Source: Spirogloea muscicola
Taxonomy: Eukaryota
Length of the DNA stretch: 36,405 nt
Reading direction: 5' to 3'
NCBI GenBank assembly: GCA_009602725.1
Contig: WELB01000019.1
Coordinates: 724,883-761,287, forward strand
Shown: in pieces, positions 21,001 to 32,497 of the stretch
How positions within the stretch are numbered: position 1 is the first letter of the stretch
How the letters are laid out: every line of letters starts with the position of its first letter
Notes under the pieces: generated by a model
What the model was told of the DNA's origin: nothing
The model's input: only the letters and a program-made list of their open reading frames with translations
Database searches by the model: none
Position numbers and translations under genes: made by a program

Positions 21001-24000
21001 TTGCAATGCAGCTACTCGAGCTTTCTGGGCTTTCAGCTCCTCTCCACCAGCTTCTTCCAGACTCTTCTGCAGCCCCTCTGCTTCATTACGCAGGTCTGCC
21101 GAGCTGCTTTCCAGCTTGGCAAGCGCAAGCTCTTCTTGGGCAACAGTAGCTACCAGCAGTGTGATCCTTTCCAGCTCGACTTTGTTAGGCACAGCCGCAG
21201 ACTCCAGGGTTTCTATCCGCGAAGCCAAGTCGACGTGCTGGATCTTCAACTCTTCCACCTGGACAAGATCCAGTCTGAGTATCAGTCTGGAAGTCAAATG
21301 CCCCTCTGACAACTACAGGTCAAATATTGAGGCACTCTACTGTCAGCAGCACCGATGGAAGCATCTCCCTCCAGAAGAGACCAGAATGTTGGGATGGCAC
21401 TAGCCTCAAGCTTGGTCCTGAGGAGTTTGTCTTTCAGGGTGGCAAGCGCCTTCTCTGCTGCCTCAGCAGCCCTGCCAGACAGCCCCCTCTGAGTCTGCAC
21501 ATCCTCGAGCTCTTGCGACAGCCTCGCCAGCTCGCCCTCTGCCTGTAGCAAGGTCTCCTTTGAAACACCTGTGCTTCTGATAGCCGTTCCTATCCGTCCC
21601 TTCAATGGCTTGCCTCCTCCGGACATGGCCCCTGTCCCCTCGTAAAGGACTCCATCAAGAGTGACGACTCTCCTGAAGTGTCTGTCCTTCCCATATGCAA
21701 TTCTTTGACCCTGGTAAATAGTATGCCATGGAGGACAGCTTTAAGTATTTTGAAGGGTTTTATACATGAACTACCTTCAGGCGGACAGACATGTTTGAAG
21801 CCGCAATAGCAAATCATATGCTGATGATTGTTGGCATAAGCACGTCACGCAAATAGAATGTACCTGGTCAATGTCTTCTGCAACAACAGTGTTGCGCAGA
21901 GCAAAGAAGAAGGCCGGTTTCAAATGCTCGTCTTTGACCTTAACAAGGTCAAACAGCCTCACGACTCCCTCTGGTGTATGTACATGTTTGGTCATCTCTG
22001 GTACTAGGTGCTTTTGTTTCTCCTGTGCCATCATGTGCACACGAAAGCCTTGTGATCCTTGCTGCCTTCAAATGAGATGCTGAAATTTGCTGCACACGCT
22101 GCTGCATATCAGCCACGAGGAGCAGCAATTCTACTTACCAAGATTATTGTCGACACGACACCAAGATTCTGCGAGCGAACCATGTCCACACAGGCTTGAG
22201 CATCTGCTGTGGTCTGAGCCACAAGGAAGTCCAGAGCGCCACAGGCCGTGGAGATGGCTATATCATACTTTGCTGGAACAATCAGGCAATTCACATATCA
22301 GTTCCGTGACCCATATGGGCGATCTTACATATAGTTACATGTGCCAGGATATGAGATCCCTGAATATTGCCACAATGTAGCATGGATGAGCCACAACTGG
22401 TACATGCAATGCCTATCACAAAGCTCACAACACTAAACATTAGATGCACGCTGAGCACAAATACACAAAGTGGCTGTATATGTACCAAACTGTCAAATGC
22501 AGTCCAAATGAGTGCCAAAGGACTACAATGCATTACCATCTATGGCACCAAGGTCCGTCCCCCAATCGCCCAAGAATGCCAGACAAGTGGCCAGCTTCTC
22601 GGGCCTTGATGATAGCTTGCATCAAGGCCTTGAGTACTTTCCGAAGTGAGAGCCTCCCTTTGCTCATGCACTTTCAACCTTGCTTGTTGAACAGCTTCCG
22701 TTAGAGCACCTTCATTTGCTTTACATTCCTGCTTTCAAGGAGCGTGCAGATTGGTTGGAGGACTCTTGTGATCACGTCAGCAAGACACGTATCAGTACAA
22801 GGACTCTTACCCTTTTTGCCTGGAAGTTAGCAGAAGCAGTTAGCAGAAAGTTAGCAGAAAGAGAAAAAAGCAGAAAAGATTGAGAAAGGAGAAGTGCCTG
22901 TAGCTGAGTGCAATATCCACACCTGTTCCCTGTGTTGCGCTTGTTGCATGATTCTATGATTCTCTTCAATCGAGCTATCTATCTCTCTGAGCTGGGCTTC
23001 CTTGACCGATAACTCCTGCTCCATGTGGCAAATCGCCCACTTTGCTTGCGTACAGCGGTGCGTAGCTGATAGATGCTGGCATCACCATAGAGATTGTAGT
23101 ATCAGGTGAGATAGGCCTAACAGCACAGTGAGCATGCAGAGTTGTCGCATGCAAACCTCAAAGAAGCGAGCAACTTGAAAAGAAGTGCTTCACCTTGTCT
23201 TGCAGTAGCTTGCTCTCTACTGTAGCGACCTCAACGAGGCCCCTGGTTTTACGTATTTGTTTCTCCCAGGGTTCCAGCTCCTGATGCACTTCCGCCAGCT
23301 TGTCCCTCAACTTGGCCATCTCAATTGGTCTTGCAAAGACAATATTGTGGACAAAGTAAGTTAGCCTAAGCTTTTGTCCTGTTGTCAAAAGCAAGTGCAA
23401 GTCATTTGTAACAGACTGCAGTAGCTGTGCGTTCAGTCCATGTACCGCCAGCTGCTGCCATGACTTCCTCAAGAGCATGCTCTTGTTGTTGAAGATCCTT
23501 GTTCAAAATAACTGTTTGTTTCTCGAGCAGCGGAAGTGCAGCCATCGCTTCTTCTGTGTCCACATTCAGAGATGTTATCCGTGCGTTCTCCTGGTGAGGA
23601 AGATCAACAAAGTCAGGCAGCGTGGCAGATAATTATCAACTCATAGACTCTAACTGCGTACCTGCAGCAGCAAGCACAATCTCTTGTCCAATTGCTGCGC
23701 CTACCTTTACAACCCTCTCTTCCAACTTTTTCCGTTTCTGCTTCATGTGCTTGAGGTCCTCCCTGTGCTTGACATCCTTCCGCTCAAATTGCTTAAACTC
23801 ATCCCTGCATGCATTTTGAGTGGCCACAATATCCTGGCAGACATGAAAACGTGAAAACTACCGCAAAGTCAGACATTCAATTGCAGCCTCAAAATCGAGC
23901 AAAGACACTGCTGTTGTGACTGTGGAGATATTCCTCAGTCTCCTACAGTTGCATCCATTCACTCATTATTTCAGGTTAATCGATCAGAAGGTGGTCAAGA

Positions 24001-26084
24001 TGCATATGGGGTTCTGATTATGACTGGACCTCTTGTCTCCAACTAAAGGTTGCAGAGATGTCCAAAGTAAGACGCATGTTGGAGGCAAGAGTGACTGACA
24101 TCATGCTCTTTCTTGTGGTGATTGTACAAGACCTCCTTCTCCTTTAGCTGCTCGTCGTATTGAGCACTTTTCCTCCTATAGGCATCAGAATGAGTGGCTA
24201 TCACAATGGGCTACGCGAATACAATACTTGGCAAGCACAAAGTGCGCTGCCTGCGCAGCTCCTATGTAAGTGCAAATTGTGAGGGCGGATGCATAAGACA
24301 ATATCATGGACACGAAGTACCTCTCATTCTCCAGCATGTCTTGCATCTGAGCTTTTCTTGTCACCAAGAGATCCTTCTGTTCGCGAGCATCCTTTAGTTT
24401 CAGCGAAGAAATGAGCTTTTGCAGTTGGAAGCTCTTGCCTTCCTTCATGAGGTATGCCTCTGCATCATTCTTAGCCTCCTGCATGGTTTGGAGAAGATTG
24501 TGATTTGTGATGAGCTCGTCTACGACTGATCAAGTGGCTTGCTTTCAAGAATGACTTGTCCTCAATACCCGATTGCTACAGAAGCCTGCCAACTCCGCTT
24601 TGTAAGCTCACCTGCAGGCTGTCTTTTTCTTTGACTGCAGCTTTCATTCTGTGTATAGCAGCCACTCGTTTCTCGTTGGCTGACTCTAAGCTGGGGGACA
24701 GGACAAAGTATCATGTCAGCCGCGGTGTGAAGCAGCCGCCACTGAGGACACTACAACAACAAAAAAATATTCTGGCGGACAAGGGTCCTACTGCAAGTAA
24801 AGGTCTCTCCAAGGCCCATTGAAAATGAAGGTCCCAACACAAACTGGGCAGCACCAGCCGGTATAGCACATACATAGCGGCGCTTTTGTCAATCTTCTCG
24901 ACGTAGCGATTAGAACCAATAATGTCCTCCAAGTACTCCAGCAGGCCTTCGTCTTGCTTGTAGACTCCTTTTGGCTTCATCAAAGCAATCTGCTCTACTT
25001 CACCCTGGCAGATTCACAAAAAGAGGGGGATCATGCAATGTGCAATGTGACGTGCTTTGAGGGCCACGTTTCATCATCATGCAGGAAGAATGCAATGGAC
25101 ATGCAGATTCTGTGAACATGTGCACAAATTTCTATGGACCTGTAAGATGAGAAAGCGATTGTGATCCAGATCGATGCCTTTCTCCTTCAAAAGTGTGGTC
25201 ACTTCAGTGAAGTTGCTGCTCTTCTGCCCTATGAAGTACTTGGACGTATTGTTCCTGAACGCTGTCCGCGTCACAGTAAAGAGGGAGTTGGGTATGTACT
25301 CAAATTCTTCCTCATCCTGTACAAGAGTTGGTGTACAGCTCAGATGCCGTCCAAGCCTCCCAAATCAAAGTGGAAGGACGTCACCGAGTCAAACCTTTTC
25401 ACACCAAACAATCTCACCTTATCAATTATATCTTGAAAGTGCACAGAGACTTCCGCTGACTCCAGGTTCTGATGGTTTGTCGAGTTGTGGATGAGCTCCG
25501 AGACTTTGTTGAGTCTCAACTGCACAGGAGTTTGCATAGTTGTGGGCGTTATGCAGACAGCTCCCGAAGAAGAATCAATGTGATGATGCTGACAAGCTGC
25601 TGTTCTTACCAAGTTGTGAAATTCTGCACGCTGAGCGTCTACGGGTCTGGTTGCAAACAGGCCGACCTGCTTGGCTCGCTTTCCAAAGACAAAAAGCATG
25701 GCGTCGATGACATTGCTCTTCCCGCTCCCATTTGGTCCCACCACAGAGGAGAAGCTCTACAGGGCAAGCCATGACATCAATCAGATTTGTGTTGAATGAA
25801 CAGCAAGGATAGGCTATAAGCGAGGGACTCAGCAACAACATTTGGGAACCGTGCCGTACCTTGTGGAAGGGCCCGACCTCCTGGACGCCGGCATAAGACT
25901 TGAAGTTGGTCATGACCATCTTGGTGATGATCAGCCGCTTCCGTGCCTGCGAGGCCGGCGCAGCATCGACGTCGTGCACCCGCGGGCCCTGCGCTTCTTG
26001 CTGCGCTACAACGTCGCCATCCGGCGCGTCTGCGGCGGGCATCACTGGCGCGCCGTGGCGGAGTCCGACCTCCTCTAGCCCCAT
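18094..26084 (-). pseudogene. SMC4: Condensin subunit SMC4 (CAP-C); full-length exon structure but apparent frameshifts (pseudogene or assembly error)
   Basis: NFKSYAG...GPFHKSFSSVVGPNGSGKSNVIDAMLFVFG; hinge GRLGDLGAID and VVTLDG...MSGGG; C-terminal LSGGEK, YVMDEIDAALD, AQFIIISLRNNMFELA. Identity is certain. Indels at ~22626 and ~22555 break the frame. Confidence 0.7.
22825..22860. repeat. Short tandem repeat (AGTTAGCAGAA)x3 in an SMC4 intron
   Basis: agttagcagaagc agttagcagaa agttagcagaa. Confidence 0.8.
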
Positions 26085-26249
26085 GTCTTCGCCTCCGCCG
26101 CCGCCGCCGCCGCCGCCTCCGCCGCCGCCGTCGCCGCCGCCGCCGCGCCGATGGCGCGCGGCGGGGGCGGCAGCACTGGCTTCGTAGAAGCAATGCCGCG
26201 AGGAATGTTACTTAATGATTATCTCTTAAGACCTGACGCTGAGCTGGCC

Positions 26250-26620
26250 TGGAGCCTTCAAAGCTGGGACTGCAAACGAGGCGAGTCGTCGGCTCGACGG
26301 CAGCCACGCGCCGGCTGACGTGATGGCGGGGACGGCGGTAATGACGTTGTGAGGGGCCGTTTATTATCACTGACGTCAAGATAGAAATAGATAACGCCCT
26401 GGCCCGGCGCACCCCGGCGGGCGCGCCTGATTCAAACGGGCGGTGACGGCGGGAAAAGCAAGGATCTCGAAACGCGTCAGTGAGGTGGTGTAATTTCCGA
26501 CTGCGGCTACACGAGGTTGGAGGGCCCACGCCCACGTGGGTGCCTCGTGGGCCACGTGGGTGGCGGCACGCTTTGGGGTCCTCTGCGGGGAAGTGGGGGC
26601 CGAGCGGCCCCGTTGAGTCA
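26250..26620. promoter_or_regulatory. Divergent SMC4/amidase promoter with E2F, MSA-core and bZIP (G-box/C-box) motifs
   Basis: GGCGGGAAAA (E2F, 26448-26457); AACGG cores at 26435, 26357(rc) and 26610(rc); TGACGTCA at 26371-26378; CCACGTGG at 26532 and 26552. Confidence 0.5.
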
Positions 26621-26866
26621 ATCCCGGCAGACGACTCAGCTGGCTTACTTACGTTGTTACCCATTGGCGATCTGGCTGTTCACAGCTCCTTGCCCCCTTG
26701 GGAAAGCCACTACTTCTTCATTGGCGAGCGATGTGCGGCTTTCCTGCTGAGGCCGCTGCCAAAGCAGCGGGAACAATCAGCGGCAACGCCAGATGGGCTG
26801 GATCGCCACACCCATTCGTTGGCCCCAGGCGCCATCCAGGCACCACCGCCGCCGCCGCCGCCTCCT

Positions 26867-26896
<30 letters not shown>

Positions 26897-26897
<1 letters not shown>

Positions 26898-29257
26898 TGC
26901 CGCAGGGGTCCATCTCGTCCTCCAAGGACGCCGTGGGCGTCGCCGTCGTCAACTACAAGGTCTCTCCACGACGGCCGCCGTTTCTCCAGCTTGCACAATG
27001 GGGCTTCACTCCACTTACTGCTTCTGTCGTGGGCAGCAGTTGATGGACAGCTCTATTCTTGGCTTGTCAGCTACTACGCCGTGCGCACTTGTGATTTCCT
27101 GACGCCTTCACGGCGAGCAGCTGTGCATCTTTTGGGATGCTGGCATTGGTACCTTGGTGCAGGCTGTTGGGCTTATCCAGCCAACACGTATATCCGCAAA
27201 CACAGACTAAGCCTCGGATATGCTTTTTCGACATTTAGGTTCCTGTGTGTGAGAGTCACGAAGATGTCATTGCGAACTGCAACAAGATAGCGGCGAAAGT
27301 TAAGGGAGCCAAGTTGGGCTACCCTGGCCTGGACCTCATCATCTTTCCAGAGTACTCCACCCAGGTACTGCTATCGGCAAGGTTGAACTCCAGCTCAACG
27401 CGAATGGAGAAGTCCGGTCCCTTTGCACCACTCTCTTGACTTTGGAAAAGCTTAAGAGACCGTCATTGTGGTATACCAGGGCTTCCATCCAACAAAGTGG
27501 AGAGACTTCACGACCACTCTGGATGGCCCTGAGGTCGCCATTTTCAGCAAAGCTTGCAGGTATGGCAGAGACGCAGGCAGTCAGTTGTCTTCCCAGCAAG
27601 CTTTTCTGACAAGTTGTGGAGTGAGGGTGACTGTCATTTTCATGGCTTCCTATGGCTGGTCGTTTGTACTGGGCCTTGCTATCAAGTGATGCCCTGGTCA
27701 ATCGTGTTATCACTATCTTCTTTGCAGTGAAAATGAAGTGTGGGGTATCTTCTCCATAACAGGCGAGAAGCATGAGGACGCAAAGAAGAACCCGTACAAC
27801 ACTCTTATTATGATCAATGATCAGGGAAAGATTGTGCTGGAGTAAGTAAAGCTTGGATCAACCAGCCTCAGGTTCTGTGAATATCAGACAAATGTCATGG
27901 CACAACACATCTAGGCACAGCTAAGCAGGCACTCCTAGAGAGCAGGCATCTCTGGCAGCTTGTGGCATGAGAGGAAAAGTATACAGTTCTTAGCATCTGC
28001 TTGGAAGGTCTCATTGACCCACTCGTGGAGTCCTTGCAAATGTGCAGGTATCGCAAAATATTCCCATGGGTGCCCAAGGAGCCTTGGACTGCAGGACACA
28101 AAACAGCTGTTGCTGAGGGACCAAAGGGTCTCGTAGTGGGAGGCACCATCTGCTATGACTGCAATCTGCCAGAGATCTGCAGAGATACTGTCATGAAGGG
28201 CGCTGAGCTTCTTGTGCGCATCCAGGTAAACCGACAACAGCTTTGTCCGGTGACTCCCTTTGAAGCTGTTGAGAGCAGCTCAGTCCTAGTTGCTGCAGGT
28301 AAAGGACGAAGGCGAATAGAAGCAGATTGCTCACATCTTGCTGTGCACCTCATTAGTGGACTTTACAAGTTCAATACAATGCAGGGATACATGTACCCCT
28401 CCATGGAGCAGCAGCGCATGGTCTCTCGAATGCGTGCCTGGGAGAACAACTGCTATGTGGCCGTTGCTAATATGGCTGGCAGTGACCTTGTCTACTCCTA
28501 CTTTGGCCACTCCAATGTTGTTGACTTTGACGGGCATGTCCTGGCTGAGGCTGGAAGTGATCCTGATGCCCTCACCTATGCAACGCTGTCCTTGACTGCC
28601 ATACGAGATGCTCGAAGGTAGCAAGCTTTCCCATCAAGCTGCAAGTTGGACTCATTTCCTGAGGTTTGTCACTATGGAAGTGAGACAAGGAAGTGAGGAA
28701 GGATAGAGTGCCAAGGGATCAAGAAAAGTGTTCTTTATTGTTGGTGCTACAGAAACTGGACAGCTGAGAATCACCTGTACAATCTTGTACACCGAGGCTA
28801 CACTGCAGAGCCAGGAGGCCATGCTGCCTGCCCATTCGACTTTTACAAATCGTGGGTCACAAATCCAGAGGTGAGCAACACTGTTTGTACTCTGAAGTTC
28901 GCCGTGTGGCTACCCAAACCCCTCATCGCATGACGAGGAATACAGTGCACTTATCTTTCTCCTCAATATAGTCTTGCATGACAATTCAGATTGAGGCCCA
29001 CTCTGTGCCCTCCAGAGTCTTAGTAGCCGTGAGGACGTTCTTACTTACCAATATGAAAATGGAGGTCAATGCAGGAAACCAAGAGTGGTGTGGAGGCCTT
29101 GACAAGGGATGCCGACAAACCAAAGCAGGCCTCTGGAGCGGACACTGAGCCAGCACCCCCCAGCAAGCTCTGGATGGCAACCAAGGGTAGCAAGGGGGCC
29201 AGCCACTTGGGCACACCCTCAAACGGAAGCAGCTACATGACCAATGGAATCCACTAG
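26897..29257 (+). CDS. amiE: Aliphatic amidase, AmiE type (nitrilase superfamily), 8 exons
   Basis: [21 protein letters not shown]...FPEYS...NPYNTL...YRKIFPW...GPKG...[26 protein letters not shown]...[12 protein letters not shown]...YSYFGHS...IRDAR...NHLY...HRGY...CPFDFY. The Glu-Lys-Cys triad is intact. Exons 26897-26959, 27239-27364, 27479-27559, 27728-27842, 28048-28225, 28385-28617, 28753-28870, 29075-29257. Confidence 0.93.
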
Positions 29258-29978
29258 CTAGGCATAACGCTCTATAACAAAACATCCAGACAGACTGATG
29301 GTACGAGCATAAGATTGCATGTTAGATTCATCTCTCAATGAGTACATCAATTGGTTGGCAGAAGTGAATGTCAGTCGGCATCTTTTCTGCCAATGAAGCC
29401 TGTGCAATTGAATGCCTGATAGTATTTCTCATGCGCTTGTCCTTGTCAACCCATCTGACTAGGCCAGATTTGTACCCTGCTGGTCTGTTGCCAACCAATC
29501 CAGGGAAGGCAAACTAATGGTGCTCGCTGATGGCCAACTGAGCAGTCCCTCATACAGCGGAGGCAGAGAGCTGCCGCCTGGCAGCACGTGAAGCAGAATT
29601 GCAATCGCTCAGAAAGCAGAGAGAGGCAATAGCTGAAAAGCACAACTCGCTTCACACTGGAGGGTTCCAGCGGGCAAGCAAAGACTCTCTCATTTTGTAC
29701 GTTGACATCAAGCTTGCAGATATAGAAAAGAACTGTTATTACAGTATTGAGATCATTAATTACAAATCGTATATCAGCAACAATATCACAAATGAATCCA
29801 TAGGTTACAGTTCGTATGCCAGCAAGAGAAGGGCCAGGATGGAAGGAGGTTCACCTGTACTTGGAGGCACAATGATGTACAATCCGTGGCGCTTGTTCGA
29901 GAATGTCAGCAAGCAAAAACACAAGATCTGCTCTGGGCAACCCTTCCGACGGTGGTTCAATGCAGATGTATGTGATGC

Positions 29979-31537
29979 TCAATCCCAACTCCCTCTGCTC
30001 CGTCGATCTGACTTCTTGGAGGAGGCCTTCTTTTTGTCCTGCAACCTTCGCTCATTCTCAATCTTGGCACTGCAATCCACAAGCAGCTACGTGGGTCAAC
30101 TTCAATGGTCATAGTCAAGCAAGCCCGAGCTATGGCCTTGAGGTTGTCAAATTGTGAGAAAGTTATGCCCTTGTGATGATAGGCACAAAGTATATCATGG
30201 CTATTGGTCTTCAATTTTGAACGCACAGCTTCTTGATTCGCGTCTTCGTCGCTTCCGATGGAGGTGGAGGCACGTAAGCCGCAGCATCGATGATGGCCTG
30301 CACGATAAAGTCAAGCAGGGTGACTCTACAACCCCACTTCCTCTATGCAGGTGTGCTTCACCCTGCATGCAGGGTTGAGCTTCAACATATTTCACTGGGT
30401 CTAGACAGTGTATCTAATCAGCTGCTCCAATTTCAGATCCCATACTATGCAGCCTCACATTCAAAATGTCACATGTCGCATGACTTATCCAACATGAAAT
30501 TGCTTCTATGCAATATGAACGGCAGTGTGGCAGAATGAACCTGCAGCTTCTCCAGCGCGTCCTGGATGTTTCCTCTGCATAGGGGGCAACCACAGTGCCT
30601 GAGATTCTAGAAAATGATCTCCAGCTTGACTCTGTTGAGGACTATGACTGGCATAGACACCCAGGGCAGGCAGCACAGAGAAGATACGTCACTTGTGATG
30701 AAAGAGGTGGTGCTTAATGGCTCTACACTATTATGACAAAGTGTGCAGATCCAGGAGCAGGTCCTTATCCTTGCACGCATACTTCTGAGTTCTCGTGCGA
30801 GTTGAGGACACCACCAACTCGCCATCCTTGTTGATCCGGTTGGCTTCCTATATGCACAGCTTTGCGGCGCGCCACTAAGGTGCCACGCTTGACAAGCTCG
30901 GGTCTCATGAGACCGGGAGAAGGATGCAACACGTAGCTATGGAACTGGTGCACGCTCTTGCAGAAGCAAATGAAATTGCTCATTAGCCAGCTTGCAGTGG
31001 ACTGTCCAGCCTCACCGTTAACAGCAGCTTGCTGCGAATCTGCTCAGGCAGCCAGGTGGCCTCCGCGACTTTGAACCGCATGTCGACTTTCGTGTTGACT
31101 GGCAATGTGACAAGAGACGCCAAACGGTCGTCGCCGATCAGCGCAGACGCTGCTGGGCTACGGCTAGGAGCAGCCTTGCCGGAGCAAGCAGCTGGGCTGC
31201 TCACTAGAGGCGGCGGCTTCGAGCGAGCAGCTTGCGTCAGGTCTTCCGAAGCCCACCTTTGTTCACGTTCTGGCCGCCGGGCCCGCCGCTGCGTGCGAAG
31301 CCCACAGTCACCTGGTCTGCTTGCCACGACGACGCGGCAGCCAGCTCAAGGAGGCTCGAAGCACGGCGTGTAAGCCACGGCCGCCGATGGCGAGCCGCGC
31401 CGGCCAAAGCCGCACTCGTCGTCGCGCCAGCCAGAGGGCCATAAGGCATGATGGGCTTTCAACCATCAACGGCAATAGAGAGCGAGCGGCGGCAGCCGCG
31501 ACGGCAGCGGCGGCGGCTGCGGCGGCGGCTGCGGCGG
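29979..31537 (-). CDS. ICT1: Peptidyl-tRNA hydrolase ICT1/ArfB (organellar ribosome rescue factor); start in the N gap
   Basis: DQVTVGFARSGGPGGQNVNK|VNTKVDMRF...W|EANRINKDGELVVSSTRTRTQK|GNIQDALEKLQ|AIIDAAAYVPPPPSE|...RRLQDKKKASSKKSDRRSRGSWD*, with the GGQ motif and a basic tail. Confidence 0.92.
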
Positions 31538-31604
31538 NNNNNNNNNNNNNNNNNNNNNNNNNNNNNNNNNNNNNNNNNNNNNNNNNNNNNNNNNNNNNNN
31601 NNNG

Positions 31605-31673
<69 letters not shown>

Positions 31674-32497
31674 AAAANNNNNNNNNNNNNNNNNNNNNNN
31701 NNNNNNNNNNNNNNNNNNNNNNNNNNNNNNNNNNNNNNNNNNNNNNNNNNNNNNNNNNNNNNNNNNNNNNNNNNNNNNNNNNNNNNNNNNNNNNNNNNNN
31801 NNNNNNNNNNNNNNNNNNNNNNNNNNNNNNNNNNNNNNNNNNNNNNNNNNNNNNNNNNNNNNNNNNNNNNNNNNNNNNNNNNNNNNNNNNNNNNNNNNNN
31901 NNNNNNNNNNNNNNNNNNNNNNNNNNNNNNNNNNNNNNNNNNNNNNNNNNNNNNNNNNNNNNNNNNNNNNNNNNNNNNNNNNNNNNNNNNNNNNNNNNNN
32001 NNNNNNNNNNNNNNNNNNNNNNNNNNNNNNNNNNNNNNNNNNNNNNNNNNNNNNNNNNNNNNNNNNNNNNNNNNNNNNNNNNNNNNNNNNNNNNNNNNNN
32101 NNNNNNNNNNNNNNNNNNNNNNNNNNNNNNNNNNNNNNNNNNNNNNNNNNNNNNNNNNNNNNNNNNNNNNNNNNNNNNNNNNNNNNNNNNNNNNNNNNNN
32201 NNNNNNNNNNNNNNNNNNNNNNNNNNNNNNNNNNNNNNNNNNNNNNNNNNNNNNNNNNNNNNNNNNNNNNNNNNNNNNNNNNNNNNNNNNNNNNNNNNNN
32301 NNNNNNNNNNNNNNNNNNNNNNNNNNNNNNNNNNNNNNNNNNNNNNNNNNNNNNNNNNNNNNNNNNNNNNNNNNNNNNNNNNNNNNNNNNNNNNNNNNNN
32401 NNNNNNNNNNNNNNNNNNNNNNNNNNNNNNNNNNNNNNNNNNNNNNNNNNNNNNNNNNNNNNNNNNNNNNNNNTTTTTTTTTTTTTTTTTTTTTTTT

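Noticed and set aside
29599..30114. 171-aa plus-strand ORF
   Set aside because: Overlaps the ICT1 last exon and 3' UTR in antisense with no domain signal.
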